From Candidatus Omnitrophota bacterium (GTDB lineage: Bacteria; Omnitrophota; Gorgyraeia; Zapsychrales; Fredricksoniimonadaceae), in assembly GCA_015233335.1 (NCBI GenBank), contig JADFXX010000012.1, positions 50 through 64,049 on the forward strand: DNA of 64,000 nucleotides, in the 5' to 3' direction. The notes under the pieces are model-generated. The model was not told the DNA's origin. It saw only the letters and a program-made list of their open reading frames with translations, and made no database searches. How positions within the stretch are numbered: the first letter of the stretch is position 1; the number at the start of each line of letters is the position of its first letter. The position numbers and the translations under genes were made by a program. Of this stretch, positions 1 to 9,344 are shown piece after piece.

Positions 1-210
1 CACCCATGGAAATAACGGAGGAAAATGGCACAAAAACATCCCTAACATGTCTTTGTTAAGATGCGGGTTCTCAAAAAGACGGGCCATGATCAAATAGGCG
101 ACAGAATCCTCTTCTAAGTTAATCCCCCATGGGGATGTGGCTATAAGAAGCAGGCTGACGCCTGCAAGCGAGAGAATGATCAACAAAATAATAAAAAAAT
201 TCTTTCTCAT
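1..210 (-). CDS. GT-C (ArnT/PMT_2-like) membrane glycosyltransferase, first 70 codons of a further tandem copy; gene runs off the window start
   Basis: nt 1-240 repeat nt 1558-1797, i.e. the 5' end (ATG complement at 208-210) plus the 30-bp spacer of the 241..1767 gene. Confidence 0.6.
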   Translation of the reverse strand, partial: MRKNFFIILLIILSLAGVSLLLIATSPWGINLEEDSVAYLIMARLFENPHLNKDMLGMFLCHFPPLFPWV

Positions 211-240
211 GTTCGTATGAAAATGCCCCCAATCGTCTCG

Positions 241-1767
241 TTATGGCACATCAAAAATCGATGCATACTTGTCTTGAGCAATTAAACGCAGGGGAATCCT
301 TTCCTGCAAAGCCTTGATCGGCTCAACATATTCGTTCATCCAGGCCTCATTAAAATAAACCAATAGGCCTTTATTGATTTGAATGTCCCTGTGCATTTGA
401 GACAGCTGGCTTAAATACTTGTCATTCTTAACCCAAGAAAACGGATTTTTAACAACGGGGATCATGGACGATGTCTTTCCCCCAAGAATATAGATCACCG
501 GAAGTTTATTGCTATAAATAGGCCTTCCCATTGGCGTCGACTTTACCTTCCAAATGCTGTAAGAAGCCCTGCACGGATCAGTCGTGTATTCATCTCCGAA
601 ATAATATTGGTGCGCTAAGCATCTTGCTGATCCGGCCATATAAAATAAAAAGAAATACGTGACAATGATTTTTCCGATATCCCTTTTAAGTGAAGAAGGA
701 TTTTTATACAAGAGATCAGATAGGCCTTTACAAATCATCATTAAGAAAAGTATATGTACGGGCATAAGGTAGCGCTCCAGACATTTAAGGCGCTCGCTTA
801 AGAGCAGACCCGCATCATAAAATGAGGCTGCGAGCACAAAACACAAAATATACAGGCCTATAAATGCTGCCCCAAGGATGGAAAGTTTAGAAAAATTGGC
901 ACGTTTCCGGAAAAACAATCTACTCAGACAACAAGCTATCCCTATCCCGAATAAAAGTGCCTTTTCATTTGAAGAAACAGGCATCTGCGGGGCAAGAAAC
1001 CACCCACAAAACTTAGCGGCCAAATCTCTAAAAAACACCAAATCAACCGGATGAAAAGCAAAATGTCTCTGCAAGGGAGAATCTTCGATATAGCTCAAGC
1101 GGGTATAGAGTAATAAACAAAGACAAGGGGTAAAAACAAAAACAGCGGCATGAATACACCTGTTTATAATGCCCTTCCCTTGATTAAGGAATAAAATCCC
1201 GAACAGGCCCGTTGCGACCATTGGCACCCCTGCGAATCTCGTCATCACAGCTGACGCGGCAATCATGGAACTCAGTATTAAAACAGGCCATCTGGGATTC
1301 TTGAGATACTCCATGAATAACAACAGCCATATCAGCATAAAGAAGATAAACAACGGCTCGCTCATCGCTTTTAAATGGATATCCACAACATCCGGCGCCG
1401 ATAGCATCAATAATGCCGCAGACAATCCCAGCCACGCAGATCTGGTATATTTCTTTGTCAGAATGCCGAAAAGCAGGATATTAAGGCCGAAAAGTGCCGA
1501 GTTCATTAAGCGTGCCCCTTGCAGGGGGTCCACACCAATCACGTGCCACCGGGAAAGCACCCATGGAAATAACGGAGGAAAATGGCACAAAAACATCCCT
1601 AACATGTCTTTGTTAAGATGCGGGTTCTCAAAAAGACGGGCCATGATCAAATAGGCGACAGAATCCTCTTCTAAGTTAATCCCCCATGGGGATGTGGCTA
1701 TAAGAAGCAGGCTGACGCCTGCAAGCGAGAGAATGATCAACAAAATAATAAAAAAATTCTTTCTCAT
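241..1767 (-). CDS. Polytopic membrane protein, GT-C fold glycosyltransferase-like (ArnT/PMT_2-type), copy A
   Basis: 508-aa ORF with many hydrophobic segments. Acidic motif NLEEDSVAY lies after the first TM helix, as in ArnT/PMT-type enzymes. Family call is pattern recollection, not a search. Confidence 0.6.
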   Translation of the reverse strand: MRKNFFIILLIILSLAGVSLLLIATSPWGINLEEDSVAYLIMARLFENPHLNKDMLGMFLCHFPPLFPWVLSRWHVIGVDPLQGARLMNSALFGLNILLFGILTKKYTRSAWLGLSAALLMLSAPDVVDIHLKAMSEPLFIFFMLIWLLLFMEYLKNPRWPVLILSSMIAASAVMTRFAGVPMVATGLFGILFLNQGKGIINRCIHAAVFVFTPCLCLLLYTRLSYIEDSPLQRHFAFHPVDLVFFRDLAAKFCGWFLAPQMPVSSNEKALLFGIGIACCLSRLFFRKRANFSKLSILGAAFIGLYILCFVLAASFYDAGLLLSERLKCLERYLMPVHILFLMMICKGLSDLLYKNPSSLKRDIGKIIVTYFFLFYMAGSARCLAHQYYFGDEYTTDPCRASYSIWKVKSTPMGRPIYSNKLPVIYILGGKTSSMIPVVKNPFSWVKNDKYLSQLSQMHRDIQINKGLLVYFNEAWMNEYVEPIKALQERIPLRLIAQDKYASIFDVP

Positions 1768-1797
1768 GTTCGTATGAAAATGCCCCCAATCGTCTCG

Positions 1798-3324
1798 TTA
1801 TGGCACATCAAAAATCGATGCATACTTGTCTTGAGCAATTAAACGCAGGGGAATCCTTTCCTGCAAAGCCTTGATCGGCTCAACATATTCGTTCATCCAG
1901 GCCTCATTAAAATAAACCAATAGGCCTTTATTGATTTGAATGTCCCTGTGCATTTGAGACAGCTGGCTTAAATACTTGTCATTCTTAACCCAAGAAAACG
2001 GATTTTTAACAACGGGGATCATGGACGATGTCTTTCCCCCAAGAATATAGATCACCGGAAGTTTATTGCTATAAATAGGCCTTCCCATTGGCGTCGACTT
2101 TACCTTCCAAATGCTGTAAGAAGCCCTGCACGGATCAGTCGTGTATTCATCTCCGAAATAATATTGGTGCGCTAAGCATCTTGCTGATCCGGCCATATAA
2201 AATAAAAAGAAATACGTGACAATGATTTTTCCGATATCCCTTTTAAGTGAAGAAGGATTTTTATACAAGAGATCAGATAGGCCTTTACAAATCATCATTA
2301 AGAAAAGTATATGTACGGGCATAAGGTAGCGCTCCAGACATTTAAGGCGCTCGCTTAAGAGCAGACCCGCATCATAAAATGAGGCTGCGAGCACAAAACA
2401 CAAAATATACAGGCCTATAAATGCTGCCCCAAGGATGGAAAGTTTAGAAAAATTGGCACGTTTCCGGAAAAACAATCTACTCAGACAACAAGCTATCCCT
2501 ATCCCGAATAAAAGTGCCTTTTCATTTGAAGAAACAGGCATCTGCGGGGCAAGAAACCACCCACAAAACTTAGCGGCCAAATCTCTAAAAAACACCAAAT
2601 CAACCGGATGAAAAGCAAAATGTCTCTGCAAGGGAGAATCTTCGATATAGCTCAAGCGGGTATAGAGTAATAAACAAAGACAAGGGGTAAAAACAAAAAC
2701 AGCGGCATGAATACACCTGTTTATAATGCCCTTCCCCTGATTAAGGAATAAAATCCCGAACAGGCCCGTTGCGACCATTGGCACCCCTGCGAATCTCGTC
2801 ATCACAGCTGACGCGGCAATCATGGAACTCAGTATTAAAACAGGCCATCTGGGATTCTTGAGATACTCCATGAATAACAACAGCCATATCAGCATAAAGA
2901 AGATAAACAACGGCTCGCTCATCGCTTTTAAATGGATATCCACAACATCCGGCGCCGATAGCATCAATAATGCCGCAGACAATCCCAGCCACGCAGATCT
3001 GGTATATTTCTTTGTCAGAATGCCGAAAAGCAGGATATTAAGGCCGAAAAGTGCCGAGTTCATTAAGCGTGCCCCTTGCAGGGGGTCCACACCAATCACG
3101 TGCCACCGGGAAAGCACCCATGGAAATAACGGAGGAAAATGGCACAAAAACATCCCTAACATGTCTTTGTTAAGATGCGGGTTCTCAAAAAGGCGGGCCA
3201 TGAGCAGATAAAAAACTGAATCCGCATCTAAGTTAGCTCCCCATAGGGATGTGGCTATAAGAAGCAGACTGACACCTGCAAGCGACAAAATGCCCAGTAA
3301 AATAATAAAAGAATTCTTTTTCAT
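1798..3324 (-). CDS. Polytopic membrane protein, GT-C fold glycosyltransferase-like, copy B
   Basis: 508 aa. Identical to copy A from residue 42 onward, with 9 substitutions in the first 41 residues (loop motif NLDADSVFY). Confidence 0.6.
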   Translation of the reverse strand: MKKNSFIILLGILSLAGVSLLLIATSLWGANLDADSVFYLLMARLFENPHLNKDMLGMFLCHFPPLFPWVLSRWHVIGVDPLQGARLMNSALFGLNILLFGILTKKYTRSAWLGLSAALLMLSAPDVVDIHLKAMSEPLFIFFMLIWLLLFMEYLKNPRWPVLILSSMIAASAVMTRFAGVPMVATGLFGILFLNQGKGIINRCIHAAVFVFTPCLCLLLYTRLSYIEDSPLQRHFAFHPVDLVFFRDLAAKFCGWFLAPQMPVSSNEKALLFGIGIACCLSRLFFRKRANFSKLSILGAAFIGLYILCFVLAASFYDAGLLLSERLKCLERYLMPVHILFLMMICKGLSDLLYKNPSSLKRDIGKIIVTYFFLFYMAGSARCLAHQYYFGDEYTTDPCRASYSIWKVKSTPMGRPIYSNKLPVIYILGGKTSSMIPVVKNPFSWVKNDKYLSQLSQMHRDIQINKGLLVYFNEAWMNEYVEPIKALQERIPLRLIAQDKYASIFDVP

Positions 3325-4307
3325 GCCCTATCTGCCATAGAATCACGGCATCCATTGCGCCTATCTGGATTTTTTGAGAACAACCAGATGTTGCTCTTTT
3401 TCATTTCATTATAGCGACGGCATTGTGTGCAGGGAATGTCCTCCCTTGGTCCTTTTTGGCCTCGCAACATCGCTCTGGCATAATTCATCTTTTCATTATT
3501 TAACACTTCGATCAAATTCTCTTTAAGCGCATTGCCGTAGTCCCCCCAATAATTTCTGGAGCATCCCAAGACTCTGCCGTCGCAATTGATCTGGGGATTG
3601 GCCCATAACTCATAACATGTATTCTTGATAAAATAAGGCTTTTTGTATTTCTCCTGATATTCTTTCCGGCTCACAGCCCCGATTCCTGAAAGCTTCCTGA
3701 CCCGGTCTTTATTTCTGACCGATGAAAAATCACCGTATGGAAGCTTCACCTGAAATCCCATGCCGAGTTTATGGGCCATTTGACGGGCCTTTATAATTTC
3801 ATGTTCATTATGCTCAAATACGATGAACTGCCAATGCAATACCGGCAAGGTGGAGCGGTACTCGGCCTTAAATTCATTGATTTTTTTGATGTTGGCGATG
3901 ACCGTGTCAAAATCGCCGCCTTTCCTATAAATTTTATATGTTGCACGACTGGACCCGTCGATCGAGCAGCTGATAAAACCAAAACGATATTTCACGAGAG
4001 CTTCAAGCATGTCTTCCTTGACTGTGTTGAGATTAACTCCATTACCCGCATTTAAGACAATTTTCTTCTGGTAGGCATACTTTGCGATTCTAAGCAGATC
4101 GCGATTTAAAAAAATTTCACCCCAATTGCTTAATTCGATACTGCGTATCCAGGGATTAGAATCTACGATCTTCTTGAAATTTTCGAATTTAAGGATTTTA
4201 ATTCCGAGTTCCCGGGCTATGCTGCCGTCGGTATTCGGACAGGCAGGACATTTCAGTTGGCAGGCAGTAGAGGCTTCAAGCCTGATTTTAGATGGATTTA
4301 TTTTCAT
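3321..4307 (-). CDS. Radical SAM protein with Cys-rich C-terminal (SPASM/twitch-like) region
   Basis: CQLKCPAC (CX3CX2C) at residues 16-23. C-terminal NCDGRVLGC ... CTQC cysteines. 4-nt overlap with the downstream gene. Confidence 0.8.
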   Translation of the reverse strand: MKINPSKIRLEASTACQLKCPACPNTDGSIARELGIKILKFENFKKIVDSNPWIRSIELSNWGEIFLNRDLLRIAKYAYQKKIVLNAGNGVNLNTVKEDMLEALVKYRFGFISCSIDGSSRATYKIYRKGGDFDTVIANIKKINEFKAEYRSTLPVLHWQFIVFEHNEHEIIKARQMAHKLGMGFQVKLPYGDFSSVRNKDRVRKLSGIGAVSRKEYQEKYKKPYFIKNTCYELWANPQINCDGRVLGCSRNYWGDYGNALKENLIEVLNNEKMNYARAMLRGQKGPREDIPCTQCRRYNEMKKSNIWLFSKNPDRRNGCRDSMADRA

Positions 4308-4315
4308 TCTATGAT

Positions 4316-6601
4316 CTATGCTCCCGACGGTCTTTCATTTCTTAATGACTGTAAATGAAATGCTCCTGAAGGGATTTGTATCAAATAAACCTTGGTGTAC
4401 TGGTAACGGATGCTCCCATCCCGGTTTAATGCCCCAATAATATTTTCTGACAATTCTTTTTTGATAAGCCAACCCCTGCGGACAAGCTCCTCTACATAGC
4501 CGCGCTCAAGCGCTTCCTGGGCATGCATCTCAGGGTCCTCGATCAATACCGCCCCCTGCAAACCGTTCTTGTGGGCCAATATCTGCGCCACCTTAAACAT
4601 CGCTGTATAAGCCTCAAAGGTATCTGCACCCAAGTTTTTCCTAAATAAATTATTGGTAGTAACCACCAACACCTGCCATCCTTTAGGAGATCTTTTTTCC
4701 GGTAAACCCATAATGCCCGACCTTATCAGTTGAATCAAGGCTTTGCCGAGAAACCGCCCCTTTTCATCTTTCAGGGCGATGATCCCAAAATGATATCGGA
4801 TATCGGCCACCTGCCGGTCCCTGTCATGCCAAATACAACCACCGGTTCCCATACATCCCATCAAATGAAAAAAGTCATCGAAAAACCCAATATATAAATT
4901 CAGGGCGTCAATCTGCTTTTGGAGCTTATAATTGGCCTGCTCGATCTTGATGTCATCGAGAATAGGCATAAACTGTTTCTTTAATACCTGTAAAAGTCGA
5001 ATGCTGAGTAAATTCCTGCAGATGCTTTCAGGTGAGCGGCCCGGATACCGGAACATCCAATCTCGTTGTTTGTCCTTGTCATTGAAATCTCTTTTTATTT
5101 GCCCCACCGTAGGTACGCGATGATCAGCGCAGACCCTGTCTAGATCTTCATTAGATATCATTTCAACGGCCTTGCCTGCGTTAATAAAAACCTCCCTGCT
5201 CCTGACCACTTTCTGCCAGCCTCCTCCTAGCAAAACAGCCCATCTGCCCAGCCATTCCAGATTGCTACCGTCCTCCCGGGGAATGGCGATGAGATCAAAC
5301 CGTTGCGCTCCGGTTGATTGGAAGATCATCTCGAGTAATACCACTTGGTCCATCACTCTTAATTCCTGATTCCTCAAAATACGGTTAAATACTTCTTGGA
5401 TCTCGGACCGTCCGCTGTCCTCCCGTGCCATTAAAGACAATCTTTGATTAAGACGGTCCCTGTGAGCAGCCTTATCTTCAGCCCCCTCATAGACTATTGC
5501 CGTTTTCGAAAAAGATGCCCTATACAATTCACGCATCCCTTCATCCACCTCTTGTGACCAATTCTCACGCCTTTGTTCAAGCGTATGTTTTAACCTCTGG
5601 GCCATATGGCTAAAATCCCAAAGCGTTATATCTTTCACAGGAATATATCTGCTTAAGATCGCCAGGTCATCTGCAATCGGGCCGTCCGTGCCCCAAAAGT
5701 CTCCCCAGGCAATATCACCGTTCACCTGACGCTCTATGTCAATTTTAAGCCTTTCAATGGATGAAGGATCATGCTGATGCTTTAAAAAGGACTGGAATAA
5801 CTCATATTTCATCATGCCCAAACCCGCCCTATAATAACCTTCAATCCCGTCTTTAAACTCATCCCATTGCTCTATACTCCATTTTGAAAAACCGCCTTTT
5901 TGGGCCATGACCTCAAAGACAGCGTACACTTCCTGTGGAGCTAGACGATACCACTCTCGAGAGATCCATATGATCAGTGATAACAATGGATCAAATGTCC
6001 CCTGTTTGATCGTTTCCTTCACAATCATGTTAAAACCTTCTGGGGCAGGACTTCCCATAACCTTGAGGACTGAAGTCAAAGCGCCCTTAAATGGCAGGGC
6101 CTGCCTCAATGGCGCCAGATCATTCGCCGTCAGACAGATATTCTTCAAATATCCCAGAACAATGGGGGCATCCTCATGAACAGTATCCAGAAGCTTCCTT
6201 AATTGATCCGCTTCCGCCAAAAATATCCTGACGTCTGAAAATTGACATGCATGTCCATAATCCAATTGATCAAATAGGTCCTGCTTGAATCGTTTGGCCT
6301 GATTGTACCGGTTCTCGATATATATCCTTTGTCCCAGTTTTACGACAGAGCCTTCAGCGAGCAGTTCCTTGACCTTTGCTGCACCTGCCAGCGCATCCTT
6401 AAGAAGAGGTTCGTTCACACTGCCCGCGACCATCCGGCGCAATGCGCCGATCCCGATAACAAAAAATTGCCACTCCCTGTGATTAACACTGGCCGGCTTA
6501 CCCTGCTTTTTTATTAAAACGTTCAAATCTTCCAAGAATACTCCCCTATTGATAATCCATATAAAACCAATCCCGTGGGCCTTCGGCCTCTCCTGATCCA
6601 C
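4316..6601 (-). CDS. Large hypothetical protein (761 aa), no motif recognised
   Basis: Long uninterrupted ORF inside the operon. The ATG start overlaps the upstream gene by 56 nt. An alternative TTG at 6535 is preceded by AGGGGAG. Confidence 0.55.
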   Translation of the reverse strand: MDQERPKAHGIGFIWIINRGVFLEDLNVLIKKQGKPASVNHREWQFFVIGIGALRRMVAGSVNEPLLKDALAGAAKVKELLAEGSVVKLGQRIYIENRYNQAKRFKQDLFDQLDYGHACQFSDVRIFLAEADQLRKLLDTVHEDAPIVLGYLKNICLTANDLAPLRQALPFKGALTSVLKVMGSPAPEGFNMIVKETIKQGTFDPLLSLIIWISREWYRLAPQEVYAVFEVMAQKGGFSKWSIEQWDEFKDGIEGYYRAGLGMMKYELFQSFLKHQHDPSSIERLKIDIERQVNGDIAWGDFWGTDGPIADDLAILSRYIPVKDITLWDFSHMAQRLKHTLEQRRENWSQEVDEGMRELYRASFSKTAIVYEGAEDKAAHRDRLNQRLSLMAREDSGRSEIQEVFNRILRNQELRVMDQVVLLEMIFQSTGAQRFDLIAIPREDGSNLEWLGRWAVLLGGGWQKVVRSREVFINAGKAVEMISNEDLDRVCADHRVPTVGQIKRDFNDKDKQRDWMFRYPGRSPESICRNLLSIRLLQVLKKQFMPILDDIKIEQANYKLQKQIDALNLYIGFFDDFFHLMGCMGTGGCIWHDRDRQVADIRYHFGIIALKDEKGRFLGKALIQLIRSGIMGLPEKRSPKGWQVLVVTTNNLFRKNLGADTFEAYTAMFKVAQILAHKNGLQGAVLIEDPEMHAQEALERGYVEELVRRGWLIKKELSENIIGALNRDGSIRYQYTKVYLIQIPSGAFHLQSLRNERPSGA

Positions 6602-8000
6602 ATGGATCTATGGGTGTTTCACAATGAAGTATCTTTATACCGGTTCTGCCTTCAACTGCACTTTTAATTTTCTGCCATATCTTGGACGTTTTCTTAACTC
6701 TTTCGATATAGCTTCCGGCCTCTGTAAAGTCATAACATCCCTGATCCAATACATACTTTGGGCTGACTTTAATGCCTTTATTGTTTTTAATGATGTTTTT
6801 TATATTTAACTCGTGGATCTCAAATCCATTAAGAAAAATATAATCAATGTTCTCTTTGTTCCTGAGAGCGAATTTAATGATTTCTTCCTCTTCATTGGGT
6901 TTGAAGTTAATCCCGCCGGTCATAAAAGAAACATACGTTTTAATCCCATTCCTTTTTAAAAGCGCCAGGTTCCTTTCAACGTTCCTGATGTCCCTGATCT
7001 TATTTGAATTCAAATGCCCGATCTGTGGGGACTCAACGCCGCCATCGACAAATAAACACCCGGCCTCATGCAGTTTCCTCGCGACCTCATCATCAATAGC
7101 ATCAAAAAAGATATAGCTCCCCCACCGGATAGGAATACCGCTCGCTATGATCGCATCGCATAGATCCATAACATATTTTCTTGAAAAATTGACTGCCGTA
7201 CAAAGAAAATGGAAATGATAACAATTAAATTTCTTGATTAAATATTTTAGATCACGAATAACTGTTTTGATCGGCCTCACATCTAATGCCTGTCGTGAAT
7301 GCACACAATAGTCACAATGTTTGATGCACCCGCGGGACAATTCATAAAAAGTCCTTTGGACATTTTTATTTTCCAGGTGTTTGTACAAAGGCCCCGGAAG
7401 ACTCTTTAATGAAATGGGCCGAGCGGCCCTTTTATTCTTTTTTATTCGCCCATTCTCCTTATACCATATATCCTCGATTGCCCAGATGCTCTTGCCTGAA
7501 ACCAGATCAACGATATTACGTTCAAATGAATCGGCAACGACGTCGACAAATGGAAAGGATATCAGCTCTCTCACACGAACAGGGGTCGACAAATAAGAGT
7601 TCTTGATATTCCTTGCGAAAATGATCCTCTTGCCTTCCTCCTTCAAATGTTGGGCAAGATGCAGGGCTATTGATGTTTGTTTTGGAAATGCCAGAACGAA
7701 TACATACTGATCGTAGTCCTTCGGGATAAGTCTTGCGATAAAGTCCCGATCAACGCGCCCACTGATCTGTTTGCTTTTACGGCCCGGGCAATTGACCGAT
7801 CCGAAGAAAAAATGAGTTAAATCCAAAAGATCGACTTTGCCCGCGAATTTCTGAAGATATTCGTCAAATCCCAATTCGTTTAAATGCACACGGGGGATCC
7901 TTGGGTGCGGAGGATATATAATCAGCGCCCGGCTGTTTCCTTTTTTAGAATAACTTACAAAGGCCGATGTCTTTTTAATATCAAATCCGGAATTTACCAT
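6546..8000 (-). CDS. B12-binding-domain radical SAM protein (class B-like)
   Basis: YELSRGCIKHCDYC CX3CX2C motif in mid-protein, preceded by a ~200-aa Rossmann-like N-terminal domain as in cobalamin-dependent rSAM enzymes. Confidence 0.75.
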   Translation of the reverse strand: MVNSGFDIKKTSAFVSYSKKGNSRALIIYPPHPRIPRVHLNELGFDEYLQKFAGKVDLLDLTHFFFGSVNCPGRKSKQISGRVDRDFIARLIPKDYDQYVFVLAFPKQTSIALHLAQHLKEEGKRIIFARNIKNSYLSTPVRVRELISFPFVDVVADSFERNIVDLVSGKSIWAIEDIWYKENGRIKKNKRAARPISLKSLPGPLYKHLENKNVQRTFYELSRGCIKHCDYCVHSRQALDVRPIKTVIRDLKYLIKKFNCYHFHFLCTAVNFSRKYVMDLCDAIIASGIPIRWGSYIFFDAIDDEVARKLHEAGCLFVDGGVESPQIGHLNSNKIRDIRNVERNLALLKRNGIKTYVSFMTGGINFKPNEEEEIIKFALRNKENIDYIFLNGFEIHELNIKNIIKNNKGIKVSPKYVLDQGCYDFTEAGSYIERVKKTSKIWQKIKSAVEGRTGIKILHCETPIDPCGSGEAEGPRDWFYMDYQ

Positions 8001-8021
8001 GCAAAATATCCATTAACAAGG

Positions 8022-9344
8022 CTATTTGAGCCGATTGTGAAGAAATGTTTCCGAGTGACGCAACTTGCGTATTTCCTGCTCATAAAAAGAAAGCCTGTTC
8101 TGAAAGTGAACCGGATAGTACTTCTTGCAAAAATCGTACACTCCTCCACAACCGTTGAACCATACGTCATCCGATACAAGTCCCAGCTTTTTCATTTTCA
8201 TATATATCCTCGACCCCGAAACCAAGCGGAATTCCTGGACCCCATCTGGATGACCATATATGCCCAGCTCCTCGATCCGATGAAACGTTTCCGCCAGCGT
8301 GCCTTCAGTTTCTCCGGGATAACCTAGAATAATATTATAATCCGGCATAATCCCTGCTCTATGCGTTTCCCTGATCACATTCATCGCCAAACTCGAACTA
8401 AAGCCTTTATTCATTGCTTTCAGGATCGGGTCGGATAACGATTCCACCCCATAATTGATGCTCCTGCAGCCGGCCTCTTTCATGGTTTTTAAAAGATTTT
8501 TATCAACAGCATCTACTCTTGTCCCGCACTCCCACTCTATATCCACCTTATGTCTTATCAAATGTTGACAAAAAGACATCGTTCTTGAGCGATCGGCCGT
8601 AAACGTATTTTCTCTGAAAAAAAACTTTTTGGCTTTCCCATGCTCCTTAAAAAAATTGACCTCTTTGATGATCCTCTCTACGCTTTTTTGTCTTGGTTTT
8701 CTTTGCCAAACGCCGACATCATTACAAAACTGGCAAGAACTTGAACATCCCCTGCCTGTTTCCACAAAGAACAACTTTTCATCGGCTGGAGTATGCCCGT
8801 CAAAGCCCACATATCTTTGGGTCATATCTTTTTGCGGTAACGGCAAACGGTCCAGGTCCTTGATCAAAGACCGGTCATCATTGACCAGCACCTCTTGATT
8901 ATTTCGATAGCTCAAACCTTGGACCTTAGTCAGATCAACACTGCCTTCGCTGTCTTCGCAACGATCAACAATTTCTGCAAGGGTTTCTTCTCCCTCTCCC
9001 CTGATCACCGCATCGATCCATGGGATCCTCTCTAAGATCAGCCGGTCAAGAAACGTGGCCTGGGGGCCGCCCAATACTATATAAATATTCTTAGTGATTT
9101 TTTTTACGATCTTTGCTAGGGCAAAACAATAGTCCATATTCAAACAATCGCAAGTCATGCCCAGGATATCCGGCCTTGAGCTCTTGACCTGTTTGACAAA
9201 GACGTCCGTATCAAAAACTTCGCCTCGATAGACGTCAACCTTTCTTTCTTTTGACCTTAAGTACGCTTCTAAGGCAAGACACCCGCTCGAAAGGTCCATC
9301 TTCATCTTCGGTCTTATCGGCGGGCAAATAAGAAATACTTTCAT
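8022..9344 (-). CDS. B12-binding-domain radical SAM protein
   Basis: ETGRGCSSSCQFC motif. N-terminus MKVFLICPP aligns with its paralog. The ATG at 9344 gives an ATGA overlap with the upstream stop at 9341; the track ORF extends to 9371. Confidence 0.8.
   Translation of the reverse strand: MKVFLICPPIRPKMKMDLSSGCLALEAYLRSKERKVDVYRGEVFDTDVFVKQVKSSRPDILGMTCDCLNMDYCFALAKIVKKITKNIYIVLGGPQATFLDRLILERIPWIDAVIRGEGEETLAEIVDRCEDSEGSVDLTKVQGLSYRNNQEVLVNDDRSLIKDLDRLPLPQKDMTQRYVGFDGHTPADEKLFFVETGRGCSSSCQFCNDVGVWQRKPRQKSVERIIKEVNFFKEHGKAKKFFFRENTFTADRSRTMSFCQHLIRHKVDIEWECGTRVDAVDKNLLKTMKEAGCRSINYGVESLSDPILKAMNKGFSSSLAMNVIRETHRAGIMPDYNIILGYPGETEGTLAETFHRIEELGIYGHPDGVQEFRLVSGSRIYMKMKKLGLVSDDVWFNGCGGVYDFCKKYYPVHFQNRLSFYEQEIRKLRHSETFLHNRLK

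Larger units (their letters stand above)
1..3193. repeat. Tandem direct repeat, 1557-bp unit (gene plus 30-bp spacer), just over 2 units inside the window
   Basis: 1-1636 matches 1558-3193. The only mismatch I spotted is t1180 versus c2737 (silent). Identity breaks at 3194. Confidence 0.85.

Noticed and set aside
1184-3211. Track ORFs antisense to or nested in the GT-C genes (1184..1435, 1265..1654, 2741..2992, 2822..3211)
   Set aside because: They lie entirely within the long membrane-protein frames and are duplicated only because the underlying DNA is duplicated. Their sequences are low-complexity and shadow-like, with no Shine-Dalgarno sequence.
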